A stretch of DNA of 64,000 bases, taken from contig OX597815.1 of assembly GCA_951406725.2 (NCBI GenBank), positions 100,750,001 to 100,814,000 on the forward strand. Direction: 5' to 3'. The notes under the pieces are model-generated. The model made no database searches. It was given only the letters and a program-made list of their open reading frames with translations, and was not told where the DNA came from. Source of the stretch: Octopus vulgaris (Eukaryota). A program made the translations under genes and the position numbers. Positions 39,048-52,309 of the stretch are shown piece by piece; the stretch's first letter is position 1, and each line of letters opens with the position of its first letter.

Positions 39048-40173
39048 AACCTTATTCGTTAAAAATCAGCTCCAGAAAGAAGGCTGTATTTAGAGTAGCT
39101 ATAATATTAAGTATTGCCCTAACATAACTGCATCTTTCAGGCTGGCACTAGTAAAAGCATGCATATATGCTTGTATGTATGCATGTTTGAATGTATGGAT
39201 GTATGTGCATGTGCACATCCACATATGCCCACACACATACCTCAGTTTTTGTCAACCAGATTTCATAAACAAGGTATTTTTTAACCCAAGAACAGCCAAA
39301 TTTCTGTGTAGTATGATTAAAGCTGAAATCATGTGGTTACAAAATGAATTTCTTAAGCATCAGTATCAACTGTATTTATCAACCTTTTACTGCTCTTTGT
39401 TCACCTCTCATCTCACCATCAGATTTTGCTTATTTCATTCATTTCTGCCAGCTTTTAAGATGTATTTTCCATTTCTATCTGATTGTTAAATAAGTATTTC
39501 TAAAGTAGTTAAAAGCATAATCTCTTAAAACTCTAATTTCTTATTCATGCTTCATGTTATACTCATTACTGTCTAGATCATTGTTGTATATGTGTTACAT
39601 TTGTATATGTGTCTACTTTACAAATAACTCAGCCATTACTTGCAAATAAATCTGGTAGCTTGTACCATTCTTTCTCTATTTGTTTTTAAGCTCCTGTGCA
39701 GTTATGAGCAGATAGACACCCTCTTGGCCTAGCAGAATATTGAGAATATAACAGTAGGAGGGAGAGAGGACTGCACTTGTAGCTGGGTGGTATTCTTTTC
39801 CAGCTGAATAGACTGGAACAACATGAAATAAAGTGCTTTGATAAGGGACACAGCATACTGAAAACACTCTCTAGAAATGCTTATGCTTAATGTCCACTTT
39901 CCATGCTGACATGGGTTGGATGGTTTGATGGGAGCTGGGAAGTCGGAGCACTGCACCTGGCTCCAGTCATCTGTTTTGGTATGGTTTCTATGGCTGGATG
40001 TCCTTCCTAATGCCAACCACTTTACAGAGAGTACTGGGTGCTTTTTTTGTGGCACCAGCATGAGTGCTATTTACATGACACTGGCATGGATGCTTTCTTT
40101 ATGTGGTGCCAGTACAGGTATTCTTTATAGGATGCCAGCATGGGTGTTTTTATGTGGCACCAGTACCTATAGA

Positions 40174-40735
40174 CAGGGCCAGATTATGACCCATAGAAGC
40201 CCGAAGCACTTAAAAGGTTTTAATGTCCCCGCATATATGTAATCCGAAATATAAACAATAATAAGCCATAAAATAAATTTCTATCTTTCAAAATGTAACA
40301 AAACTAACAGTAAGATGGAAAATAATGTTTATTTTTGTATACTTTTACTTTATCTATATTTGAAAAGTTTTTTCCTACTTTCTTTAATTGCAATGTTTTT
40401 GAGCAGATCTTCAAAATTAATCTTACATAATGCATCTGCTTCTCTTTTTAGTAAAAACAAAGCATCCAGCCTGCCTTGATGCATAGTTGTCTTGATGAGA
40501 TTTTTTTTAATATACTTCAACTGAGAAAATGGATGCTTAGCTGAGCAATTTGTGACCATTAATGATAAAAATATACAAACGGTAATGTCTACACTTGGAA
40601 AGCACACTCAGTAATGTTTATTTTAGCAAGTTTAAAATGATTCCTAATGTGCTGTAAACTATTTACAGTTTCTGTGGTGCCCGCTCTTCCCACAATGCCC
40701 TAAGCACATGCTTATTAAGGGTTAATCCAGTGTTG
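40174..40735 (-). mobile_element. Internally deleted hAT element retaining the C-terminal dimerization domain
   Basis: IFLSLMVTNCSAKHPFSQLKYIK...TTMHQGRLDAL; near-perfect 8-bp TSD cctataga/cttataga; cagggccagatta / taatccagtgttg termini. Confidence 0.8.
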
Positions 40736-42249
40736 CTTATAGAAACAACAAGCAAAAGAGATAACTAAAGTAAAATCACTGGAAATTTTGGAAAATATAG
40801 AAAATGCAATATTGAAGAGGATCTGGTTTTTAAACCTAATGAAATCAACTGATATGTTTCTGTCTTTTAAGACTTCAGTGAAACATTCTATTCAGTTTAC
40901 AAACCTAATAGTGATATATATATATATATCATCATCATCATCATCATCATCATCATTTAGCGTCCGCTTTCCATGCTAGCATGGGTTGGATGGTTCAACT
41001 GGGGTCTGGGAAGCCAGAAGGCTGCACCAGGCCCAGTCTGATCTGGCAATGTTTCTACAGCTGGATGCCCTTCCTAACGCCAAACAGATTATGAAGATCA
41101 ACAATATGACTGAGGGAAAATAGCAATGGAGAGCATACAAAATATGAATATGGTATTGTCTCGTATATGTAACAGGATGAATTGAAAAACAAAGTAAACT
41201 GTGATTATGTATGAAAGTAGACAAACATTACTTCTTTGTATCTGAAAAATATAGCACTTATTCATTTAGAGTGCTGTCAGTTGGCTATAGATCCTGCACT
41301 GTGCTGGGCCCAGGCTATCAACTGTATTATCATTCACCTAACCTTCCTATGTGCATTGGGACTGAATCCCTCTCTCACTTGGGAAACATCCACTCCTCTA
41401 AAAAAAAATAAGAATCCCTGTAACCATTTTGTTAGACATTCCTTTGCTCCTATCTACTCCCAACAAAGCACTTTCAAGTTCATTTGCTGCAACAATCTAT
41501 GGCCCACAGATCCCTCTAACAAACCACCCAAAACATCAGTTGCTTACCTGCCAATATCAAACAATGAATCATATAAACTTTGAGCAGTCCTCCATGTTGG
41601 TCAAATAGGGTGTTGTCTGGGTGATTGGTTACACAGTCTCACTTACAACATTCTTCAATGTACTCAAAGCATATCTACTGCTTACCATGTCATAACACTT
41701 GATCTCTCCATTCACTCTTGGTATTTGGTGTTTCCACTCACAATGGGGCATCATTCCCCAGGAACCACACACACACACACACTTAACCACACAAATTTCC
41801 CTTGAAACATCTGCTCTCTTAGATATGCATGAACATTTTACCTTCTGTTCTACCACCATCTCTGTTTTTATGTATTTGTTTTACATAGAATACTTCTATC
41901 TTTATTTTAAATTTATTTCTGCAATTTTTAGTGTTATTCTGCTGCTTTAAGTAATGAAACCAGAATCAGATATTTCATACCATATTACCATTTCTGTACT
42001 AACAGTTACCATTCTCTTTCTTCTGAGCTACTCCTAACCGACATCTGTCCAGCATTCTTATTGTACTTTCCCCTCCCACCCAGACATATGAAATGGGTGG
42101 GTGGAGATGACTGGGGGATGGGGGGGCAATAAACTTGTCCCTCCTATCATACCTTAACCTCTCAACACCTTGCATAAAGTAACTACCCTATCTCCTATTT
42201 TCTTTCTCAATCAAGTACTAGTTACAGCAACCTGACTAGTACAAGTGTA

Positions 42250-43515
42250 ACGAAAAAAGCACCCAGTACATTTCTGTAAAGTAGTTGGCATTAGAAAGAG
42301 TATCCAGCCATAGAAACCATGCCAAAGCTAATACACTGGAGCAAGACAAAGTCCTTCGACCTGTTGGATCCTCTCAAAGCTCCAACCCATACCAGCATGG
42401 AAAGCGGATGGCCTCTCGCTCAGAATAAAAGGTAGACTGTATGATGCATGTGTATGAACAGCCATACTACACGGCAGTGAAACATGGGCTGTGACTGCTG
42501 AGGACATGCATAAGCTCACAAGGAATGAAGCCAGTATGATCTGATGGATGTGTAATGTCAGTGTGCATACTCGACAGAGTGTAAGTACCTTGAGAGAAAA
42601 GTTGGACTTAAGAAGCATTAGATGTAGTGTGCAAGAGAAACAAGTGTGCTGGTATGGTCATGTGGTGAGAATGGATGAGGATAGCTGTGTGAAAAAGTGC
42701 CACACCCTAGCGGTTGAGGGAACCTGTGAAAGAGGTAGACCTAGGAAGACCTGGGATGAAGTGGTGAAGCACGACCTTCGAACATTAGGCCTCACCAAGG
42801 AAATGACTAGCGACCGAGACTTTTGGAAATATGCTGTGCATGAGAAGACCCGGCAAGCCAAATGAGACCATAACTTGTGGCCTATGCCAGGAGCGTAATC
42901 AGCCCGCTTATGCGTACCTTTTCCTTCTTTGGTCACTAAACTCTGCTTGCGAAGACCTGTTGAGGTAAGTGAAATCAAAATCAAAATCAATTCGATGACT
43001 GGCATCCGTGCTAGTGGGGTGCAAAGAGCACCATACAAGTGTGATTGTTGACAGAGTGGCTAAACAGCTTCCGTGCCAGTAGCACATAAAAGGGCACCAT
43101 TTGAGTATGATCGTTACCAGTGTCGCCTTACTGGCACTTGTGCCTGTGCTAGTAGGGTGCCAAGAGCACCATCTGAGCGTGATTGTTGCCAGAGCAGCCA
43201 ACTGGCTTCTGTACCTGTGGCATGTAAAAGGGCACCATTCGAGTGTGATCGTTACCAACGTTGCTTCACTGGCACATGTAAAAAGATTTGAGCGAGGTCA
43301 TTGCCAGTACCGCCTGACTGGCCCTCGTGCCGGTGCCATGTAAAAAGCACTCACTACACTTTCGGAGTGGTTGGCGTTAGGAAGGGCATCCAGCTGTAGA
43401 AACTCTGCCAGATCAAAATTGGAGCCTGGTGCAGCCATCTGGTTCGCCAGCCCTCAGTCAAAATCGTCCAACCCATGCTAGCATGGAAAGCGAACGTTAA
43501 ACGATGATGATGATG
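42250..43515 (+). mobile_element. RTE tail fragment followed by a 5'-truncated RTE copy with about 5 divergent UTR modules
   Basis: MCNVSVHTRQSVSTLREKL...RGRPRKTWDEVVKHDL, the family UTR and the (GAT)n tail. Confidence 0.9.
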
Positions 43516-44285
43516 TGTGTGCCTTGATGTTGTGAATGATTTTTTTTTTGTATCTTCGATAAGACAGAAAACACATTTGTATTCTGCCCAAGGTGCTATG
43601 TAGTGGGATCGGAGCAAGGAGCTCGTGGTTGCAAAGTAAACTTAACTCTCCGGTAATACTGATCTATTGTTTTCAATATGTTAAAGAAAAAGCTATTTCC
43701 CAGCGCGCGCGCGCACACACACGTTACTACCACCATTACATGGAGAATGAATAGTAAAACAAGCCTGGTTATTTAAAGTCTTTCACTGTCAAGGTGGCAG
43801 TATTAGTGTATTAGTACTTTTAAAAAGGTGAAGTATAATGACGATAGTAGTGGTGGCAGTATTGTTCATTGTTAATGTCGTGGTGGTAGTTGTAATTGTT
43901 AAAATGGTAGTGGCGGTAGCAGAAGTTATTATTACAGTCGTGGTGGTCGTGGTGGAATAGTTAGCCCTGGCAGAATTGTTAGCACGCCGGACGAAATGTT
44001 TAGTAGCATTTCTGCTGTCTTTGTGTTCTGAGTTCAAACTCCTTTCGGTAAAATAAGTACCACTTACACATCAGGGTTCGATATAATCGACTCGCCCCTC
44101 CCCCAAAAGTTCAGGCCAAAATTGTGCCTATAGTAGAAAATAACAAAAACAAAATACCCCACCAAACTATTGTTTAGCCCCAGGTCGACCCTAATCGAGT
44201 CGACATATGTTCAAAAGCTTTCCAGTCGTTGCTTTTTTTTTTATCAGTTTTCTAGCTTCCTTTTCCGTTTTCAAAAACTTTAAGG

Positions 44286-44568
44286 CAGTGGTTCTCATCC
44301 ATTTTTTTTTTGTTACCCATGGACCCCCTTTAATTCCCATTTTACTCGGGTAGAACCTCCCAGCCATTCAATGATTGAAAGAAACCTTATTGTATTTTTA
44401 TAATATTATTAGAAATAGTATAACAAATCTTGCACAACAAATATATAACAAATTGTTAAAAACATTTAGTGTATTGTAGAAGTATAACCAGTTTTTTGCA
44501 CATCAGTTTTAAGAACAAAACTTATACAGATCCCTAAGGGTCATATACACCCCGGTTGAGAACCACTG
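44286..44568. mobile_element. hAT (Charlie-like) MITE
   Basis: cagtggttctca / tgagaaccactg TIRs; imperfect 8-bp TSD ctttaagg/cttcaagt. Confidence 0.75.
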
Positions 44569-45239
44569 CTTCAAGTTATGATTTGAGAGATTTGACTACT
44601 TTCTATAGCCAGGTAGATAACCACATATAAGCTTCCTGGTTATTGTTAGGCTACTCTCTACTAGACCCTTATTTTGAAGAGTTACGATTAAAAGTTAAAA
44701 GCCTTCTAGCTATGACCATTCCAACCCTTTCTTTTTTCTTTATGGGTATGATTTGATAAACATATGGCTTCTATTTCTAGCAAATCTATTGACCTCGTCT
44801 CGGTTTTCTCGCTGGTTTATTAGGTTGTTGTTTGCTTCCGACCAGCTCTGATAGAGTAGACCTATAATTTGTATATCTAGGACACCGTGTGCAAGACACA
44901 AATGTGTACGATTTTGATAGTTTGAGCAGACCGCGTCCTTTTGTTGGCTTGTTAGCAAATAATTTTGAGTTTTAACCCATTTCTTGCAGGTATTACTAAT
45001 TATTCTGTTGGAAATAGGTTAAAACTAAAAATGAATTGCTAACAAGCCAACAAAAGGACACGGTCTGCTCGACCTATCAAAATCGTATATATATATAGAG
45101 ATGCAGCACGAGGTTTTGTCAGTGAATAGGTCGCGGTTTCAAAGCGACGAAAATATTTTGACAAATTAAATTAAAATGTTGAACTGAATCTAATGGTTTT
45201 TGTGTTTCTTAAATGGCTTACAAACACCTTCCACGCTGC

Positions 45240-45289
<50 letters not shown>

Positions 45290-45487
45290 ACTGAGACGAG
45301 GTCAATAGATTTGCTAGAAATAGAAGCCATATGTTTATCAAATCATACCCATAAAGAAAAAAGAAAGGGTTGGAATGGTCATAGCTAGAAGGCTTTTAAC
45401 TTTTAATCGCAACTCTTCAAAATAAGGGTCTAGTAGAGAGTAGCCTAACAACAACCAGGAAGCTTATATATATATATCTGTTTGTTG

Positions 45488-45742
45488 TGGAGGCGCAATG
45501 GCCCAGTGGTCGGAAGATCGCGGTTTCGATTCCCAGACCGGGCGTTGTATGTGTTTATGGAGCGAAAACACCTAAAAGCTCCACGAGGCTTATAGGCGAC
45601 CCCCCTGTTGTACTCTTTCTCTCACTCTTTCTTCCAGTTTCTTGAGTAACGCTGCGTCCAGCTGGGGGGAACACATACGCCATAGAAACCGGGAAACCGG
45701 GCCCATGAGCCTGGCTAGGCTTGAAAAGGGTGCATAAAAAAA
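45488..45742 (+). mobile_element. tRNA-derived SINE
   Basis: A box tggcccagtgg, B-box-like ggtttcgattcc, A-rich end. Confidence 0.7.
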
Positions 45743-46058
45743 TATTTGTTTGTATCGAGTATATCTTGTCGGTATTGCACTCGACTGCTGCTATCCCTCC
45801 TACTCCTTTTGTAAACAATCGCCATTGTAATCATTGGATGATTATTTTCATTGTATGTACCTAGTAACTAGTAACTATTATTACTCTTACCGCCACCACC
45901 TCTGATATCAATGTCACTGAAGGACCATTTATTTTCTACCACTACGACGACGACGACGACCACCACCACCACTACCTCCTTCTCTACTACTATCTCCACC
46001 AACACTATCTCTACTACTATTCAATATGCTACGTGATTGTCGTCACGGTTTTTTTTAA

Positions 46059-46292
46059 GGCGGAGAGCTGGCAGAAACGTTAGCACACCGGGCGAAATGC
46101 TTAGCGGTATTTCGTCTGTCGTTACGTTGTGAGTTCAAATTCCGCCGAGGTCGACTTTGCCTTTCATCCTTTCGGGGTCGATAAATTAAGTACCAGTTAC
46201 GCACTGGGGTCGATATAATCGACTTAATACCTATGTCTGTCCTTGTTTGTCCCCTTTATGTTTAGCCCCTTGTGGGTAATAAAGAAATAGAT
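46059..46292 (+). mobile_element. tRNA-derived SINE family with conserved central domain; other copies ~19770-19978(-), 20160-20360(-), 36478-36692(+), 43965-44140(+), 55596-55795(+)
   Basis: A-box-like tggcagaaacgttag, B box gttcaaattcc, central gtcgactttgcctttcatcctttcggggtcgataaattaagtaccag shared among copies. Confidence 0.85.
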
Positions 46293-47290
46293 ATTCAATA
46301 AAATATGTCGTAAGCCTTTACTACTCTCACAACCACCACTTAACCATCATCGTTAACTACTAGCTAAAATTAACATCTCGTGCTAACCGAATGAGCTTGT
46401 GCTTGCTCGATCACCTAGTAGTTGTCAAGTTTCTTTCAAATTTATATCTCAGTGTTTCGAAAATTAAATTGAAAAAAAAAACATTTTAGGTATTGTCACC
46501 CTGGATAATAAAACCCAATCTGAAGTAAAAAAAATAAAAATAAAACAAAGGTAAATAAACGAGATAAGTCTTTGTTCATAGGTTGCCTGGGACAAAAACC
46601 GACCTATGCACACACAATTACACTATTATCATCTAGTTAGTTTTCTCGGAAAACTGACTGCACCCCCAAAACGTTTGCTTTAACGCTTCTACTTCATGTC
46701 AAACTTTATAAACAAGTTTCATTTTTGCCGTTGCTGAACATCAGCATTTACTTCAGACTCCTGCGAATTATAAAAAAAATTATTTTACTTTGCTGCTCTA
46801 TTCAAAGCGATCGAGAGAACTTCTACTTGATCACTCGACCTGCTAGAAATAGCAGTCAAATCGACCTTAAATCATACCTACACTATAGAGAAAGGAAAGC
46901 ATCCATTTAAATAATGTAGTCTTGGATAGTCTTAAAAACAACAGGATGGTCCTGGTGGAAACACTTTTAGTCCTAAAGTTGCTTGATCAAGGCTGACTTA
47001 CATATCACACGTTGTCACTCGACTGCTTGAAAGAGCTGTCAAATCTCCCTTAAATCACACCCTACATTTTTAAATAAAGGACATTGAGCGTTGAGTTTAG
47101 GATATCACTCACATTTATCAATCAGCTGTTAGTATAATTTTGTCTGAGGGTTTTTATGGGAAAAGATTTATCTTATTTTAATATATTTTTTTCAGAAGTC
47201 GCGAGCTGTATTGGCTGGGAAAAAAACCCAGAATCGCTTGTAGCATAAATTTGAACTTTTATTCGTCTGTTAAGCGTCTATGAAATACTA

Positions 47291-48720
47291 TCTATATATA
47301 TATATATAAAGATGAGAATGTGTGTGTGTGTGTGTGTGTGTGTGTCTGTGTGAATCCCTAAAACTCAAGAACTATTCAACCGATTTCATTCAAATTTTAC
47401 ACGTCATGGACCAACAAAGTTTTCAACTTCCTGCCTAATGCGAGCCCAGAGCAATCTCTTATCTCGTCCACTATTTCAGTATTACGTGTCAAAAGTGAAA
47501 CGATAATATCTCTAGTGTAATGTCAGCTGCTTTCACTTTAATAGTTTCACTTTTACTCTTTTACTTGTTTCAGTCATTTGACTGCGGCCATGCTGGAGCA
47601 TTGCCTTTTGTCGAGTAAATCGACCTCAGGACTTATTCTTTGTAAGCCTCGTACTTATTCTATCGGGCTGTTTTTGTCGAACCGCTAGATTACGGGGACG
47701 TAAACACACCACCATCAGTTGTCAAGCGATGTTGGGGGGATAAACACAGACGAACAAACATATACACATACATACGTACATACATACATACGTACATACA
47801 TACATACATACATACATACATACATACATACATACGAGGGGCTTCTTTCAGTTTCCGTCTACCAAATCCACTCACAAGGTTTTTTGCCAAACTACTAAGT
47901 TACAGGGACGTAACTCGGCCCGAGGCTATAGTAGAAGACACTTGCCCACGGTGCCACTCAGTGGGACTGAACCCGGACCCATGTGGTTGGTAAGCAAGCT
48001 ACTTACCACACATCCACATTGAAGTGAAACTATTATTTCACATACATACATATATACATACATACATACATGCGTACATACATACATACATACATACATA
48101 CATACATACATACATACATACATACATAATCTGTCAGTCTGCCTGTCTGTCTGAATCCCTAAAATATGAGAACTACACAACCGATTTCATTCAAATTTTA
48201 CACATGTCTTATTTAGGGTCATGTAGAGTAATGGGCTAAACATTTTTTCAACTTCCTGCCTAACGCAATCTCTTGTCTCGTCCACTATTTCAATATTACG
48301 TGTCAAAAGTGATACAATAGCATCTCTCTATTGTAATATCAGATAATTTCACTTCAATAGTTTCACAATTTATACTGAAACTATTAAAGTGAAACTATTA
48401 TTTCACACATGCATGCATGCATGCAAGCATACATACATACATACATACATACATACATACATACATACATACATCCATACACACATACATATATTATGTA
48501 TGTATATATATATATGTATATGTGCATATTTATATCTATTATATGAAAGTCAATGTCTTTATGTCTGTTCGTGTGTGTTACTTATAGATTCGAAAACTAC
48601 TGCACTGATCCTAATGAAATTTGGAACACAAAATCCAAGCCTAGGGAGTAGAGTAATGCTGTGTGTTTCATACAATTTTATGGACCAAAATTACTGAATG
48701 GATCCTTATGATATTTGGAA
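47291..48720 (+). mobile_element. Cluster of Helitron-like 5' fragments (duplicated segment ~47345-47555 / ~48145-48400) with an embedded SINE and (CATA)n
   Basis: tctatatatata..aaag starts; gaatccctaaaa..gaacta..caaccgatttcattcaaattttacac occurs twice. Confidence 0.5.
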
Positions 48721-48970
48721 CTTAGATTCAATGCATAAGGGCGGGTATAGTGCAGTATGTTTGATTTGAATTTGAGGTGGCTTAAAGACTCTTCTCAAGC
48801 ACAGCAAATCACCAGAAGTCTCCATCACTTGCCATTGTTTCCATGAGACTCAACAACAAAGAGACTCAGCAACCAAAGATCATACTTCATCTACTTGTCC
48901 CACGTCTTCTGGGTCTACCTCTTCTATAGATCCCCTCTATAGCTAGAGATTACATGCATACATATATACA

Positions 48971-49003
<33 letters not shown>

Positions 49004-49062
49004 CAAATGAAAGAGACGGAAGATGGAAGACACAAGAATGTGTGTGTGTGTGTGTCTCTCTC

Positions 49063-49118
<56 letters not shown>

Positions 49119-50101
49119 TATATATATTTAAAGTAGATGTTAAAATGATGAATATCTGTATGTATGTGTTGGCAAAGGCAGAGCTGTGTGGTTAGGAAGT
49201 TTGCTTCACAATCATGCACTTTTGGGTTCAGTCTCATTGTGTAATACCTTAGGTAAATGTTTTCTACTATAGCCCCAGGTCAACTCATGTCCATTATTTT
49301 TGCTGTCCACCCTTCCTCTCCAGTCTGGCAAATTTGTCTGGTTACAATATTTTACATACTCTTGGCATTCTGATTGGATACTCCTTTGTTTTTGTCTTAC
49401 ATCAATCCTAGTTCAGTCCTTGTGTTCTGTACAGCTCTGATCATTTCTTTCATTTCCAGGTTAAACTCTTGCATCTCAACAGTTTTTCTTTTCTGTTTTA
49501 AAAAAAAAATTTTTCTTGTCAATATTGCTCTCTCTGCTTCATGAACAATGCAACTATAGGAGTCCCATGAAATCGTATGCACATTATATTAAAGGCAGCA
49601 GGAGTTTTGCAGTAGTAATATACTGTCCAGTTCCCATGATGCAAGAACACCTGATTGAGCAGATCATCATCATCATCATCATCCTCGTTTAACGTCCACT
49701 TTCCATGCTAGCATGGGTTGGACGGTTTGACTGTGGGCAGTCTTGATCTGGCAGAGTTTCTACAGCTGGATGCCCTTCCTAATGCCAACCAGTCTGAGTG
49801 TGTAGTGGGTGCTTTTATGTGCCACCGGCACGGGGGCCAGTCAGGCGGTACTGGCAACGACCTCGTTTGAATTTTTTACACATGCCAATGGCACAGGTGC
49901 CAGTAAGGCAATGCTGGTAATAATCCTGCTCGAATGGTGCCTTCTACATGCCATCAGCGCGGAAGTCAGTTAGCCGCTCTGGCAACGATATATGTAATAA
50001 ATAGTTTTCCAACATTAACCTTCTGCCTTTTATTAAATTTAAAGTATAACCAGCACTCCTACGACCACGAGTTCGCTGCCTTAATCACTGGGCCATTGTG
50101 C

Positions 50102-50170
<69 letters not shown>

Positions 50171-51715
50171 TTTCAAGCACTATAAAACCAAGTCAACTTT
50201 GTAGGGATTTTCTAGTACACTTTTCCATCTATTTTTCTTTGTATGTTTGCTCTGTTATATATTCTAATATATTTTCTGTTGCGATAGTGTTTTGTGATTG
50301 TATTACATTTTTTATGCAGAAATTTTTTTTTTTATGTGTATATACATATGACATGTTTTAACTAAGAAATATTTTGTATGGATGTATGATATACTTTGCA
50401 TGGAGATATTTTGTATATTTCCTGTAGAGATACTTTTGTTTGCATGAATGTCTAACAACTTGTAGGTATGTATAACTTGCTCCTATATTATGCACAAACA
50501 TTAGTTTTGCTTTTAGTTTGGTGGTGACTTCATTTGCCCATAGTTTTAGCAGCCAAAGAACAAAATGTCTCTCAATCTTCTTTCTTTGCCTGTCTTTAAA
50601 TCAACTCTAGAACCATCATGAAAAGGAGTAGCAAAATGTTACCTTACACCATAATGCCTCTTTGTGAGTTGGTCACGAATTTCTAGGTCTTACATTAAAA
50701 GTCCTTTTACACATTTTTCTTTTGCTGCTGCCTTTGGTTCCACTAATGATGTCATCCATAAAAACTTACTTCAATAGCATAATAGGTGTCTTCAAATATT
50801 CATTCCTAATGAATGATTTCTTGTATATCTCAGTTTCAAATCCATATCCATGAATACAGCATTCATAGCCAAGAAGTTCTGTAAAATTAGGTAGTATATT
50901 ACAATATATGCTGTCATTTGATAGTAGGCAACTATAGCAATAGCTAACTCTTTTCCTAATATACTTTCAGTTTTTATGAATTGTTTCAGCTGCCAAGAAT
51001 AGTCTATTATAACTATTCTTGGCAGAAAATTCGCTTCAGAAACCAAAGATAATTTAAAATATAGAATTAAAAGACACTGTTTATAATATATAAATATTAA
51101 CTAAAGGAAGATGTTTAGAGAAGATATCTCCATTGTCAAATAGCTTGCATAAAAATTACAAATATTGCTGCTTTATAAACAATTACCAGAGCACAGATTT
51201 CTTTTCCTTTTAATATTACAAATATTACAGTATTACTGGAGTTTTCTGAAAATGCGCCCATCCATTAGCTTGCCCATGGGCGTTTATTTGGATGGGCTGT
51301 TATTTGTGGTTAAAAATTGAAACAGAGTTAGTGATCTTGTTTGTATTCTGTTTAGACGTTCATTTGCTCTACGTCTGTAGATAAATTCAAAAGATTTTTA
51401 TTCCCAATAATGAAGTTGAAAGAAAATATATCAAAACGTATTCAACGATCATATACCATAATTGCTAAATCATGATTTCACTTCCTAGACCAGGTGGTGC
51501 GTTGTGGCCTTGAGTAAAACACTTCATCTCATGTTGCTCTGTGATCACTTCAACACCTGATGCATGGTACACTGTGCACCTGTTCAGACAATGTTGATTT
51601 GATGGAGAGTGTGAGCTTATGTATTGCATGAACATTTGATCTCTATAAACAAATCATTTGTGCAGGTCGTTTAGTAAAAGTTGAACACTCATATGTCATC
51701 TTCGGTGGGAAAGCC

Positions 51716-51748
<33 letters not shown>

Positions 51749-51749
<1 letters not shown>

Positions 51750-52291
51750 GAGTGAGAAAGCAGTGCATGCCATCAAAGTGACACTGGGGTAAAATATACG
51801 AAGCCCAGTATACCCATCATGACTACCCGTCTGATAAGGGTACACCAGGCACATGTATCACAACCATATGTGCGCAACATGGTGATCTCATATCAAGATA
51901 AACAGCGCATGACCTTGCAGGTGGAGCCCAGTTTGAATTTTCTTCTAGTCGAGTAGCCCATCCCGCTCAAAAGGGTCCCTGAATAAGAATTGTTTAAGGA
52001 TGTTGAACGTAACACCCATGTTTCCAAAGGTGAATTATCCAAACCTCCAAGAATTCCTTTCAACACATGGCTATGATGCTCCCCTACTACTTCTGCTTGT
52101 GATCAGAGATGCACATATCATCAGCCACTAAGAGACATGCTCAACTGGTAAACTTCAAACAACTGACAAGCAAATCTGTGGTATTGAGCAGAATATTTGC
52201 TGTAGCCATGACAATACAATGTGCGTGATAACACTTCCAATAAGTTAAGATCAGGAGCTATGAGAGCCATTGTCTGGTACTGCATCAGGGC
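51749..52291. repeat. Unclassified element bounded by (ATT)n on both sides
   Basis: Sharp boundaries at (ATT)n 51717-51748 and 52292-52309; higher GC; no ORF. Confidence 0.5.
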
Positions 52292-52309
52292 ATTATTATT
52301 ATTATTATT

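Noticed and set aside
45495-45540. tRNA genes suggested by A/B boxes here and in other SINE heads
   Set aside because: No complete cloverleaf; they continue into SINE bodies.
50770-50879. Minus-strand exon candidate (LLGYECCIHGYGFETEIYKK...)
   Set aside because: Splice-like sites and one open frame, but no recognisable homology; may be decayed transposon sequence.
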